Position numbers and translations under genes: made by a program. Below are positions 43,824 to 53,902 of a stretch of DNA of 64,000 nt, in pieces (the first letter of the stretch is position 1; the number at the start of each line of letters is the position of its first letter). The notes beneath the pieces were generated by a model. It searched no databases. It was not told the DNA's origin and saw only the letters and a list, made by a program, of their open reading frames with translations. Source of the stretch: a virus; IMG/VR virus record IMGVR_UViG_3300045988_171725, positions 1 through 64,000 of that record. One strand, written 5' to 3'.

Positions 43824-44945
43824 ATGCCAGCGAAGAAAAATTATAATGTCTCTAAAGAAGAATTATATGACTTATATATAATTCAAAATAAAATGGTTAG
43901 AGAGTTATCAGATTATTACAATATCCCTTTTGGCTCAATGGTAAAGATTATACGTAAATATGGATTGAAAAAAGGGAAAGAGGCTAATCAGGCGAATATT
44001 CAACGTGCTTTCGACGAAAAGGGTATCGGGAAGATGAACGCAGCTCACAAAAGAAATAAGGAATTTTTAGAAGAACACGGTTATTATCCACCACAAAAGC
44101 CAGAAGTAATCGAACGTAGAAAACAGACAAATATTAAAAAATTTGGGTGTGAAAATCCATTTGGGAACGATGAGATAAAAGAAAAAATTAAACACACAAT
44201 GCGTGAAAATTTTGGAACTGATTATGCTGGTTCGAGTGTGGAGTTACAAAATCGTTCTCAAAAGGTTATAATGGAGAAATATGGTGTATCTAATTATGGT
44301 GAACTTGCATTGTCGGAATTTACGAGAGACATTTTGTCATCAGCAGAAAAGTTAAGAAACTTCATTGTTAAAGGTGGATATAAAACAACGGAAATTGCGT
44401 CAAAAGCCATTGGTTGTGGACATTGCACTTTATGTAGACGATTGAATAAATTTGAATTATGGGATTTAATTGATAAATTTAGTTCACATTATGAAGAAGA
44501 AATTTCGAAATTCTTAGATAAATTAAACGTAAAACACTATAAGACCAAAACAAAAATATCTCCATATGAAATAGACGCTTATTGTCCTGATTATAACATT
44601 GGAATTGAATTTAATGGCGATTATTGGCACTCGACATTGCAAAAAGAAAAGGATTATCATTTGTTGAAATATAATCGTGCCAAAGATAAAGGTGTATTTA
44701 TATTTTATGTATATGAGTATGAGTGGGTTTCTAATAAACGTGTAGTTAAAGAACGTATTAAAAAATTATTTAACGGAGATTTTTGGTTTAATGGTGGAGA
44801 TTATATAATTGAAAATGGAAAAATCCCAGAGAATATTCTTATAGAAAATGGATATAAAATTATAGATGAATTACCACCTAAAAGTTATATTAGTGGACCA
44901 TATGAAATATATAATGCTGGATATAAGCATTGGTCCAAAAAATAA
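43824..44945 (+). CDS. homing-endonuclease-like protein (HTH + PD-(D/E)XK-type nuclease), paralogue of 32317-33444
   Basis: GGAGGA RBS before ATG 43824. SKEELYDLYIIQNKMVRELSDYY. C-terminal SHYEEEISKFL...YEIDAYCPDYNIGIEFNGDYWHS. Confidence 0.65.
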   Translation: MPAKKNYNVSKEELYDLYIIQNKMVRELSDYYNIPFGSMVKIIRKYGLKKGKEANQANIQRAFDEKGIGKMNAAHKRNKEFLEEHGYYPPQKPEVIERRKQTNIKKFGCENPFGNDEIKEKIKHTMRENFGTDYAGSSVELQNRSQKVIMEKYGVSNYGELALSEFTRDILSSAEKLRNFIVKGGYKTTEIASKAIGCGHCTLCRRLNKFELWDLIDKFSSHYEEEISKFLDKLNVKHYKTKTKISPYEIDAYCPDYNIGIEFNGDYWHSTLQKEKDYHLLKYNRAKDKGVFIFYVYEYEWVSNKRVVKERIKKLFNGDFWFNGGDYIIENGKIPENILIENGYKIIDELPPKSYISGPYEIYNAGYKHWSKK

Positions 44946-44955
44946 AGAAATAATC

Positions 44956-44979
44956 ACGTCGCCTTGGCGGCGTTTTTGT
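44956..44979 (+). terminator. rho-independent terminator closing the HEG cassette
   Basis: ACGTCGCC-TTGG-CGGCGT stem followed by TTTTTGTT. Confidence 0.6.
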
Positions 44980-45012
44980 TATGAATAAAAGTAGTAAAAG
45001 GAGAGTTTAATT

Positions 45013-45702
45013 ATGGCTAACACAACAGTTAAAAAAGAAGAAATATCTGACGAAATCAAGATTGCAGAAAAAAAACAACCTGCAAAATCGAGCGATTTAG
45101 ATGCTAAAATGGCAAATCTTACAGATTTAATGGCGCAATTCATGCAGACGATGATGGTCACTCAGAGTAATCAGAATGGTAAATCTGATGGCGAAGTTCG
45201 GATTGTACATCTCGCGCAAATGGATCCTCAGCTCGGAACTACAATACATCTATCAAATCTTGTAATTGGGATGACTGAATTTGGTGAAGAAAGATCCCTT
45301 ACAATTCAGCAATTTGAGGAACTGTTAGCGAAACATAGAAGTTGGTTTACTAAAGGGCTTCTTTGTGTAGCTGCGGGGTACGAAGACGTTGCTAAAAAAT
45401 ATGGCGTTGCGACAATTAACGATTGCCCTATAGATAAAACGTTTATTAAAACACTTGGCGATGTCCCGATGGATAAGATAGAAGAGGTTTATACTAAACT
45501 TCCAGAATACGGTAAAGATAATTTGGTGAGTTATTGGCTTAGATGTGCTTATGACGGAGATATGCGCTTTAGAGATATTCGAAGAGTAAAAACGTTTAAC
45601 GATGCAACGGGTGGGAAACTTGAAAACTTACTTGTTGAACTTAATAGAAAACCGTCTTCGCAGCCAATCGGAAATGTAAGACCAAACATTGTAAGATACT
45701 AA
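45013..45702 (+). CDS. structural-module protein (229 aa)
   Basis: AAAGGAGA RBS. Confidence 0.55.
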   Translation: MANTTVKKEEISDEIKIAEKKQPAKSSDLDAKMANLTDLMAQFMQTMMVTQSNQNGKSDGEVRIVHLAQMDPQLGTTIHLSNLVIGMTEFGEERSLTIQQFEELLAKHRSWFTKGLLCVAAGYEDVAKKYGVATINDCPIDKTFIKTLGDVPMDKIEEVYTKLPEYGKDNLVSYWLRCAYDGDMRFRDIRRVKTFNDATGGKLENLLVELNRKPSSQPIGNVRPNIVRY

Positions 45703-45716
45703 TTCAACTAAACAAA

Positions 45717-45756
45717 TAAAAGCCCCATTTCATTACACGATTTGGGGCTTTTAAAA
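45717..45756 (+). terminator. rho-independent terminator
   Basis: AAAAGCCCCA / TGGGGCTTTT stem followed by a T/A run. Confidence 0.65.
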
Positions 45757-45783
45757 TAAAAAAAATAACGGAGGGGAACACCA

Positions 45784-46494
45784 ATGATTCAGTTCTCAGA
45801 TATTTACGAGCGGACGGTTAATCTTATTGATGACCCCGATATCAACAGAGCATATTTAACAAACACAATTGAATTTCAGAAAATAATGTACAATTTCCTC
45901 ATCAACGGTTTAAGTTACTTTTCCAACCCGATAAAAGTATCCGACGCGCTTGCACAGTACGACAAACCGACTGGCGAGACAGAAATCGGAAAGTGCGAAG
46001 CTGGAAAGCAGATTTACAATGTCACGATGGACATACCCAAAGACGCGGAGATTGTATTTTACATAGACACGCCGAATAAAAAAGGCGTGTTAATTAAACA
46101 CCAAACGGAAGCGACTTATGACGCGACCGCTAAAACCGTCGAGTTCGCGAACCCCGTGAACGATGGCGAACAATATGAAATCGAGTGGTATAAAGCAGGT
46201 GCATTTACGGCGGATTTTGTCGCCGCAGGGAAAGCAATTGGCGATTCGATGACAAAGCGTGTAACGGAAATACTCGCAAGAACAACGGTAATCGCGTGGG
46301 CAGAGAAAGAGCAAAATTTCTTGCTTGATATTCGTAATTTGCTCAATGACACCGACTTCAAACTTCATTCGCCCGCAAACTCATTGAAGACGAAAACCGA
46401 TTGGGTAAAGGATTTGCAGTTCGAGATTTATTCGTTGCAGAACAAACTCGATTGGGATTTGCGGAACAGGAGCGTGAGTTGGTATGGATACTAA
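45784..46494 (+). CDS. structural-module protein (236 aa)
   Basis: GGAGGGG RBS. Confidence 0.55.
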   Translation: MIQFSDIYERTVNLIDDPDINRAYLTNTIEFQKIMYNFLINGLSYFSNPIKVSDALAQYDKPTGETEIGKCEAGKQIYNVTMDIPKDAEIVFYIDTPNKKGVLIKHQTEATYDATAKTVEFANPVNDGEQYEIEWYKAGAFTADFVAAGKAIGDSMTKRVTEILARTTVIAWAEKEQNFLLDIRNLLNDTDFKLHSPANSLKTKTDWVKDLQFEIYSLQNKLDWDLRNRSVSWYGY

Positions 46495-46834
46495 TACGTT
46501 TGAAAACCGCATAATAATTTCCGACGCCGCGAAAAAGAAATTCCTTGAAAAACTTATCGGCAAGATGATAAAGATTTTGCATCTTGTTGAGGAGAGAGAA
46601 GAAACGGGAATAGACCCTCGTGATTTCATATACGGACAACTCGTCGAGTTAAACTCGGCTAACCAATTATTCGACAACGAATTGGTTGAAATAATCGTAA
46701 AACTCAATGTGGTTTATCGCGATTTCAACAAGGTCGAATTTAAAGCAATAAAAAAACAGATTTTCGAGATAAAGCGTAACATCAATTATCTTATCGATTC
46801 GATTGACGCTCGCGAGAAGGGGGCGGCGAAATGA
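46484..46834 (+). CDS. structural-module protein (116 aa)
   Basis: Overlaps the upstream gene by 11 nt. Confidence 0.5.
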   Translation: MDTNTFENRIIISDAAKKKFLEKLIGKMIKILHLVEEREETGIDPRDFIYGQLVELNSANQLFDNELVEIIVKLNVVYRDFNKVEFKAIKKQIFEIKRNINYLIDSIDAREKGAAK

Positions 46835-48135
46835 GCAAAGTAATAAACAGCGCGTTCACCCCGACTTCTTACGTTTACGATCTCGAAAACAATGTCGGCG
46901 CTAATAACGGAGAGCCTTACAAAACAATCTCACAAACGCCGAAGAATTATTCAAAATATAACTACTATTTGCACACGTTGCAGGACAAAATCGACGCCGA
47001 TTGGAAATATCGTCCTAACAGGGTTGACGTTGAAGAACAGGAAATCGAAGATTGGGGTACGGATAAATACACCCCGATTGAGGTTGTTATTCAGACGCTT
47101 AAAAACGACAAAGGCGAAAAACTCGCGGACGATTATAAAAAGCTCGTGTTCCGCGATATTCAACACAACAAACTTCTCGGAATGAAATATCGCTTTTCGT
47201 TTAACTTCGACCTCGAAGAAGACGACGTGGATAAGTTCTGCTGGCTTGCGACGAATATGAACGTGACAGACCCGATGAGCGCGGTCGCAATAACTCGTTG
47301 TAACGGTACGATCGCCTCGGTTTTCAAGAACGCGGACGGCTATAACGATGTTCATATCGAAGAGGTTATCGCAGGCACCGATTTGTCGGGAACTGGTTTC
47401 CATTTCAACGAGACGATTTTGACGCAAAAAGACAGCATTGTGATGATTGTTCAGGCGAACGATTACACGCGCGGTTATTACGTAAACCAACGTTTTATCG
47501 TCGGTTACGACACGGTATACAAAGTAACGAACATAGAGAACTACAACAGCCGAAGCACTTACAAAGCGAAAGACAACGGGTTAATCGTGTTATACGCGAC
47601 CGTTGATCAAAAGAGCGAGCAAGACATCTTCGACAAAGAGGTTTACGGGAAAGAGCACATTTATCTCGCGTATAACAAAGCGGAAGACCAAATCACGGTT
47701 ACGCCGCCTGACGTCAGCGAAGGTTACACGTTCAGATTCTATGAACCTGTTCCGATGCCGACCGAATTATACAGCGAGCCGATTACGTTCAAAGTCGGCT
47801 TATTCCAAGGCGACGCATTGGTTGAAGCACCCGTGAATATAAGCATAACGCTCGGTACGCTCGTTCCGTTCGCGGTTTACGACCCGAACACTTACGCGGG
47901 CTACGCGTTCCTTATTACGAAAGACGGCGAAGATTTCTACGTTGTCGATATGGCTGATTACGAGAAATACGTCGAAGTCGTTGACGACGACGATAAAGGC
48001 ACGTTTACGCTTCGCAGGTTGAAAGTTTACGCTCGCAAAGAACTCGTCGTTATGGCTTATATATCGGCAGAAAACAGCCCGACAGGCAAAGAGATGAAAC
48101 AATCGTTCGTTCTGAGCCTCCGTGGGCTTGAGTAA
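46831..48135 (+). CDS. structural-module protein (434 aa)
   Basis: AAGGGGG RBS. ATGA overlap with the upstream gene. Confidence 0.55.
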   Translation: MSKVINSAFTPTSYVYDLENNVGANNGEPYKTISQTPKNYSKYNYYLHTLQDKIDADWKYRPNRVDVEEQEIEDWGTDKYTPIEVVIQTLKNDKGEKLADDYKKLVFRDIQHNKLLGMKYRFSFNFDLEEDDVDKFCWLATNMNVTDPMSAVAITRCNGTIASVFKNADGYNDVHIEEVIAGTDLSGTGFHFNETILTQKDSIVMIVQANDYTRGYYVNQRFIVGYDTVYKVTNIENYNSRSTYKAKDNGLIVLYATVDQKSEQDIFDKEVYGKEHIYLAYNKAEDQITVTPPDVSEGYTFRFYEPVPMPTELYSEPITFKVGLFQGDALVEAPVNISITLGTLVPFAVYDPNTYAGYAFLITKDGEDFYVVDMADYEKYVEVVDDDDKGTFTLRRLKVYARKELVVMAYISAENSPTGKEMKQSFVLSLRGLE

Positions 48136-48159
48136 AAGTGAGAAAAGGAGGAAACGCAC

Positions 48160-48834
48160 ATGGGGCTTCCTATGTATTTTGACGACAACGGGTATAATCG
48201 TTATAACGACCTTGACGGGTTGGAGTGGCGAATTATACACGCGTTAGTAAACAGCGACTCGAAATACGGCAAGTATTTGTGGAAGTTGCTGAAATATAAC
48301 ACACCTGATTGTCTTATGAACGATGAACTCAACAACAAAGAGAAGTATAAAATGGTTTATCGTGACAATGGTGACGCAGGCAATTATAACGTATTTTTAC
48401 TTCCGTTTATCGACGACGGTTGGACAAAGCAGGCTTCGAGGCTTGACGTTTACGTGAGCCGAATTGAACCGTTTGATCAAATTCGCTCGAAAGTCGATGT
48501 AACGCTCGAAATTATAGTTCACAACAAAATCAACAATGTTTACGGCGACGCGGATGACGAAGAAAACCCGCTGACGAACCTGACCGAAACCGACGAAGAT
48601 GGGAATATCTTAATTCCGACGAAGAGTCGCGCGACCACTATTTTGAAGTGCGTTTTGGCTATTTTGAACGGATTATACGTTGATGGTGTCGGCACGTTGC
48701 AGTGCAACCAATTGACAAGCCCGTATTGCGGGGTAAAAAGTTATGTTTGGAATAACCGTTCGTATTTTGGTTATTCGGTCACATTCTCGACAGTTATGGC
48801 GCAAGAAACGGTTAACCCTGATTGCGGCTGGTGA
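48160..48834 (+). CDS. structural-module protein (224 aa)
   Basis: AAGGAGG RBS. Confidence 0.55.
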   Translation: MGLPMYFDDNGYNRYNDLDGLEWRIIHALVNSDSKYGKYLWKLLKYNTPDCLMNDELNNKEKYKMVYRDNGDAGNYNVFLLPFIDDGWTKQASRLDVYVSRIEPFDQIRSKVDVTLEIIVHNKINNVYGDADDEENPLTNLTETDEDGNILIPTKSRATTILKCVLAILNGLYVDGVGTLQCNQLTSPYCGVKSYVWNNRSYFGYSVTFSTVMAQETVNPDCGW

Positions 48835-48847
48835 GGCGGTGATTTGA

Positions 48848-49849
48848 GTGAAAATTTATAATCCGAATTTACCGCAAAGCCTCGTTGATGAGCTTAATCG
48901 GCTTAATGCGACGTATTTTCAATTCGATGAACCTGTTCCATTCAAAGACGGTTTAATGTTATACCCGATAAACGTTCGGTATCACGATGAATTTTTAGCT
49001 GCGTCGGAGTGTTTGACTCTTAATAAAGACGATGTGGAAGGGAATGAGGAGAAAACTAACCTTGAATATCTTTTACTGAAGATGAGCGGGAAGGCAGACT
49101 CACAAGATGAAGATGGACCGCCGAAAGGCGCGTTAGAAAAAGCCGCCGAAGAGAAAAAGGCGAAGGAAGAACAGGCTCGAATTTCGCAGTATTTTATACG
49201 CATTTGCGAATTGGTTTTTCACGTGAAATATGGTATTCGTTGTGCGAAATGCGGAAAAGTTTACGATTATCAAGAGTTTTTAATAAAAGCACTCGATAAA
49301 GAACACCCATTCCATTGCGAATGTTATAAAGGCGAAAAAGATGAGGAAGAAGACTTCGATATAAACATAAAATATCGAATGAACCCCGAAACTAAAAAAT
49401 ACGAAATTTTGATTAACGGAATTACGATAACGTCGGAAGACTTCGATCGTTTGAGACAAATCGTGATGTACCAAAATTTGCCTGACTTTAAAGATGACAC
49501 TTGGGTTGACCCTGATATGAGAGCTGACCAAGCGGAGAAACAAAGGCTTTTGGCAAAGAAAAACAACGCTGGAACCGCGACACTCGAAAGAAAGATTGTT
49601 TGCGTTTCAGCGAAATCGTGTTATAAAATCGAAGACATTTACAAATTAACGATGAGAAAATTCTTAATTTTGTTATCTGCGATTGACGATGCGATGAATT
49701 ATGAATGCACGCGTATCGGTTTAATGACTGGTATGGTGAGTATGAAAGAACCAGTTGAACACTGGATTTATAAGAAAGAATCTGATGACTTGTACGGCGG
49801 AGAGGCAACGAGCCTGGATGATGTTCAAAAAAAAGTCGGTTCTGAATAA
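48848..49849 (+). CDS. structural-module protein (333 aa), GTG start
   Basis: GTG preceded by GGTGAGG. Internal CAKCG...CECYKG Cys pairs. Confidence 0.5.
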   Translation: MKIYNPNLPQSLVDELNRLNATYFQFDEPVPFKDGLMLYPINVRYHDEFLAASECLTLNKDDVEGNEEKTNLEYLLLKMSGKADSQDEDGPPKGALEKAAEEKKAKEEQARISQYFIRICELVFHVKYGIRCAKCGKVYDYQEFLIKALDKEHPFHCECYKGEKDEEEDFDINIKYRMNPETKKYEILINGITITSEDFDRLRQIVMYQNLPDFKDDTWVDPDMRADQAEKQRLLAKKNNAGTATLERKIVCVSAKSCYKIEDIYKLTMRKFLILLSAIDDAMNYECTRIGLMTGMVSMKEPVEHWIYKKESDDLYGGEATSLDDVQKKVGSE

Positions 49850-49953
49850 TTTACAAAAATTATGGCTTTAAAAACGTGGTTAATCCGCTGCGTTTTTTTA
49901 TTGCTTGATTTTAATATATATAAATTTATATAAATTAAAAAGGAGAAATTAAT

Positions 49954-50787
49954 ATGGCTAATTATATTCTTGGCGATGTCATGAAGGCCGAAGCTTTTGT
50001 CAGAGACGCTGAAGGAAAATTGAAGCATTATTTTAGTGCCAATACGATGACTGACAGCACTTTAAATATATCTGTTACTGCTGAAGAAGTTAGGGGCGGA
50101 TGGGGAAATCAGCTGCTTGGTAAAATATTCCACGACACTAATTTTGGTGTAAATCTTACTGAAGCTATGTGGTCTCTTGATTATCTTGCTGCTCAAATAG
50201 GCGAAGAAATCGGCAAAGGCGAAGGTAAAGATCTTAAAGCTGTTAGGGGCACGGTTGCAACTGGCACGCTTACTGTTACTATACCCGACGGGGATGAAAT
50301 AGTTCCCATGTTTGATAAGGCGGCAGGTTTTTGTGCCGCTGCCGACAATACTCTTATTGTTTGGGTTAAAGATTGTGACGACAAAATGTTTACGTATACT
50401 GCTGTTAAGGGTGGAGATACTAACACGTACACCTATACTCTTGTTGGAGATGTTAAACCTAAAGACGGGGCTGTTTGTGTAACGTACCCGACCAAAGTTA
50501 CTGATTGTGAACAACTCATTGTTTCGGCGGCTTATGCTCCGAAGGAGTTTAGTTTATTCCTTTATGGTAAGCTTTTTGCGGGTAATGGTTGTCAGAAATC
50601 TAGCAGCAAATACGCTGGTAAAATCACTATCGAAATTCCGAGATTCCAGCTCGACGGCACGGTCGATCTTACGATGAACCCGAGTTCTGCGGCTACTGTT
50701 TCGCTTAATGGTCAAGCTCTTGCTTCTGGCTGCAACTGCGATGGTGAACCTCAGTATGCTACTATTACAACTATCATAAATAAATAA
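49954..50787 (+). CDS. putative major tail (tube-like) protein (277 aa)
   Basis: Same strong translation-initiation region as the 41942 gene. The call rests on position only. Confidence 0.35.
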   Translation: MANYILGDVMKAEAFVRDAEGKLKHYFSANTMTDSTLNISVTAEEVRGGWGNQLLGKIFHDTNFGVNLTEAMWSLDYLAAQIGEEIGKGEGKDLKAVRGTVATGTLTVTIPDGDEIVPMFDKAAGFCAAADNTLIVWVKDCDDKMFTYTAVKGGDTNTYTYTLVGDVKPKDGAVCVTYPTKVTDCEQLIVSAAYAPKEFSLFLYGKLFAGNGCQKSSSKYAGKITIEIPRFQLDGTVDLTMNPSSAATVSLNGQALASGCNCDGEPQYATITTIINK

Positions 50788-50969
50788 TGAATTGTAAATT
50801 TGCCACTGTGAAGGATATGAATCCTGTTAGATGCGAAATAAATAACGTTGGGAGATGCCCTTTTCAGTATTGGTGTACTGCCGATAGATGTTATAAATGT
50901 ATCGGTGACGCAATAAAATGTAAACATTATCAAGAAGCAGATAATTCTAAACAACTGAATAAAAAATAA
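50787..50969 (+). CDS. Cys-rich small protein (60 aa)
   Basis: TAATG overlap with the upstream stop. Seven Cys residues. Confidence 0.45.
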   Translation: MNCKFATVKDMNPVRCEINNVGRCPFQYWCTADRCYKCIGDAIKCKHYQEADNSKQLNKK

Positions 50970-50976
50970 ATAAATT

Positions 50977-51022
50977 AGAACCCGTTGAATGTGTTATGCG
51001 ATACGTTCGCGGGTTCTTTTTT
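50977..51022 (+). terminator. rho-independent terminator
   Basis: AGAACCCG / CGGGTTCT outer stem with inner pairing, followed by TTTTTT. Confidence 0.6.
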
Positions 51023-51142
51023 ATCTATCGTGTAATAAAAGGAAAATTTTATTCAACGAAAATAGTAAAAAAATGAGATGAAAGATATAAAAAGAGGAAT
51101 AATAACACAAAAAAATTCTAAATATCACAAGGAGGGTTTATT

Positions 51143-52342
51143 ATGTTGTATTTAGACTATGCAAAGCCCGTTGATGGCGGTTATATACTTAATTTCTTCG
51201 CCGATAAAGTTGAGGATATGGGATCCATAACTGGCGGGAAAGAATTCATCACAAAGAACGGTACGAATTACGGCGTTCCCCTTAAAGGTTCGACGGTGGT
51301 AATAACTGCTCCTGACAAAGAGAAGAAGACGTTCGTTCTCGATGAAAACGGGGAATGGAACGAGGGCGGATTAGACCCGAACCAATTTTACACGAAGGAA
51401 GCTGCCGATGAAAAATTCATGGAAAAGGCAGGCGGCTCGATAACTGGCGATCTTACCGTTGGCGGTAATCTTGTTGTAAACGGAAAGACGACCACGGTTG
51501 AATCTGAGAACCTCGCCGTTAAAGATAAACTTATCGAGGTTGCGGCTGGAAACGCGGCGAAGCTTGCAACACCCGCTGGTCTCGTTGTCCCGAAATATGA
51601 TGGGACGAATTCTGGTGCGCTGGTATTTGACGGCGACGGAATTGCTTATGTCGGTGACGTTGTTTTGAACGCGAAAGGTGATATAGACGTTTCGCAGAGT
51701 GACCTTGCGGCGTTGGCGGTAAAGAAAGATATACCCACTGATTATCTTGTCGGTGGCGAGCAGACAGCCACTTCTGAAGACGATGGCGGAGCTAACGTAT
51801 TCACATTCACGAAAGCTGACGGAAAGACCGCGACATTTACAGTAAAGAACGGAACGAAAGGTTCGACTGGTGCCGCAGGCGCGAAGGGTGATAAGGGTGA
51901 CATTGGTCCTCAAGGACCCAAAGGCGCGACTGGTGCCGCCGCTGGTTTTGGGACACCCACCGCGACAGTTGATAACGCAACTGGTGTACCGAGTGTGACT
52001 ATAACTGCGAGTGGAGAAGACACTGCCAAGGTGTTTGCTTTTGCATTCAAAAATCTCAAAGGTGAAAAGGGAGAACAGGGTCCTGCAGGTCCTGCTGGAG
52101 CAGCGGGTGCAGCTGGACCGAAAGGAAACGCTGGTCCGCAGGGACCTATTGGTCCGACAGGCCCGAAAGGAGACCAGGGTGAGACTGGTCCCGCAGGTGC
52201 AGCTGGCGCGAAAGGCGCAACGGGCGCGCACGTTACAGCTATAACACTTACGAAGGATTCGACGGGCGCGATAACTGGCGGTACGGCTTCTTTGAGCGAT
52301 GGCACGAGCGTTTCCATAACGGTAACGGTTGCAGAGGCGTAA
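51143..52342 (+). CDS. collagen-like tail fibre protein
   Basis: Two Gly-X-Y blocks ([24 protein letters not shown] and [56 protein letters not shown]). Confidence 0.7.
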   Translation: MLYLDYAKPVDGGYILNFFADKVEDMGSITGGKEFITKNGTNYGVPLKGSTVVITAPDKEKKTFVLDENGEWNEGGLDPNQFYTKEAADEKFMEKAGGSITGDLTVGGNLVVNGKTTTVESENLAVKDKLIEVAAGNAAKLATPAGLVVPKYDGTNSGALVFDGDGIAYVGDVVLNAKGDIDVSQSDLAALAVKKDIPTDYLVGGEQTATSEDDGGANVFTFTKADGKTATFTVKNGTKGSTGAAGAKGDKGDIGPQGPKGATGAAAGFGTPTATVDNATGVPSVTITASGEDTAKVFAFAFKNLKGEKGEQGPAGPAGAAGAAGPKGNAGPQGPIGPTGPKGDQGETGPAGAAGAKGATGAHVTAITLTKDSTGAITGGTASLSDGTSVSITVTVAEA

Positions 52343-52354
52343 TGAATAATATAA

Positions 52355-52395
52355 GCGCGGCGATTTCTTTCATAAATTGAAGGCAATTGCCGCGC
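52355..52395 (+). other. stable hairpin without U tract
   Basis: 11-bp stem GCGCGGCGATT / AATTGCCGCGC (one G-U pair) with a 19-nt loop, between the fibre gene and the holin-like gene. Confidence 0.45.
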
Positions 52396-52417
52396 AAAAT
52401 AATAAAAGGAGATAACA

Positions 52418-52750
52418 ATGGATACCGAAAAAATCGTTTTATATATTTCTTTAGGAATTATTTGTCTTTGCTTGATCATAGCTTTAATTGTGAAAATTGT
52501 GAAGCTTTTCAAAATGCCCAAAGAAGAAAGAGAAAAGGTTATAAAGACTTATCTAAAAGGCGTAATCATGCTGGCGGAAGAGGAAATTGTTGGTACGAAA
52601 AGAGGTGAGGAACGCCTTGCGATGGTTGAAGAATATTTTAATAAAAATGCCCCACTGACGTATCGGATTATTTTGTTTCTTCTCGGGAAAGACAATTTAA
52701 AAAATTTAATTGAAGACGCCCTCGCCGAGATTAAGGAAGTGCTGCAATAA
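52418..52750 (+). CDS. holin-like membrane protein (LL-H-type architecture)
   Basis: Single N-terminal TM segment [18 protein letters not shown] followed by a charged helical domain. About 110 aa. Confidence 0.35.
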   Translation: MDTEKIVLYISLGIICLCLIIALIVKIVKLFKMPKEEREKVIKTYLKGVIMLAEEEIVGTKRGEERLAMVEEYFNKNAPLTYRIILFLLGKDNLKNLIEDALAEIKEVLQ

Positions 52751-52807
52751 TACAGAAATTTTGTTGTAGAGGTATTTCCTTGAGGTGATGGTATATGGAG
52801 GAAAATA

Positions 52808-53890
52808 ATGGCGCAAAAATATAAAAGTATATGGACGGGTCCGCAAGTCGACGAGGCAGTCGGGAACGTCTCAAAAAAAATAGATAAAGACAGTTTGACT
52901 GGCAGTAACGGGATAACTATCAACAAAACCGATTCAACGATAGAGATAAGCGGAAAGGGATTGGTACAGAAGGTAGCAGAGACTGAAGCGGTGAAATTTT
53001 ATACAACTAGAATGGGAGAATCGGTTTGGCAAGCCTCTCAATTTCCAGTTCCATATGCCGCTGTACTTTTTGATGCTGAAGGAAGTCTTAGAGGGAATAT
53101 GGGAGCTAATCCTACAGCGAATACTCTTACAAACAGGAAATATGTAGATGACGCGATAGCGACAAGTAGCGCAACAGTCGACGGAACATCAATCGTCAAA
53201 GATACCGACGGAAAAATTCAGCTTAATCAGGAGTATATTGACTATCTCGACAACCAGCTTTATCAGCCACCCGCTATTTCGGTTTTCACCATGCTTGATG
53301 CGGCGGGTGCTGCGCTTCCCACGAGTAACGAGTTGGGCACGACTTTAAGCGCGGCGGCGTTTAATCACCAAGAAACGAACATCAAAAACATCCAGGGTGA
53401 TAACGTCGAGTTGCACATTAACAATGCGGCGGCTGCGACAATTTCAGCCGCGAAGAAAGACGTTGCAACAAAGGTGACTCTCACAACGGCGCAGAGCATA
53501 ACAAACAGTACCAAATTCACACTCAAAGGCACGAACACGAAGGGCGCGGCTTTGAGCAGGGATTATCAAGTCAACTTTTACAGATACGCATACACAGCGA
53601 CGACAGACGCGACAACCGCTCCGACAAGCGGCGCAACGCAACAAGCGGCGGTCAGCACTTTCGCGTCGAACGGCAGTACGTTCAACTATACCAAGGGCGG
53701 GTATATATACTTCTATACCGACAACACAGGCAAGAAGGTTCAGACGAACGTTTTAGGTCAGTGGGCGGATGTTGACACGACAGACATGGGCAAAGTTACG
53801 CTTACGCAGAATAACGGCGCAACGCACGAATATACGTGTTACAGAATCGGACCTTTCATTGAGACGGGTTCAGCTAAATATAGAGTCTAA
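52808..53890 (+). CDS. tail fibre protein (360 aa)
   Basis: N-terminal MAQKYKSIWTGPQVDEAVGNVSKKIDK adaptor motif, shared with other fibre genes here. Confidence 0.55.
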   Translation: MAQKYKSIWTGPQVDEAVGNVSKKIDKDSLTGSNGITINKTDSTIEISGKGLVQKVAETEAVKFYTTRMGESVWQASQFPVPYAAVLFDAEGSLRGNMGANPTANTLTNRKYVDDAIATSSATVDGTSIVKDTDGKIQLNQEYIDYLDNQLYQPPAISVFTMLDAAGAALPTSNELGTTLSAAAFNHQETNIKNIQGDNVELHINNAAAATISAAKKDVATKVTLTTAQSITNSTKFTLKGTNTKGAALSRDYQVNFYRYAYTATTDATTAPTSGATQQAAVSTFASNGSTFNYTKGGYIYFYTDNTGKKVQTNVLGQWADVDTTDMGKVTLTQNNGATHEYTCYRIGPFIETGSAKYRV

Positions 53891-53902
53891 GGAGGGTGAA
53901 TT

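Noticed and set aside
51371-52521. Long minus-strand ORFs (286 and 203 aa) antisense to the collagen-like gene. The same pattern occurs at 59441-59692, 62123-62799 and 63643-63960.
   Set aside because: GGN-rich triplet repeats keep the antisense frames open. The translations are Pro/Ala/Arg-rich and lack RBSs.
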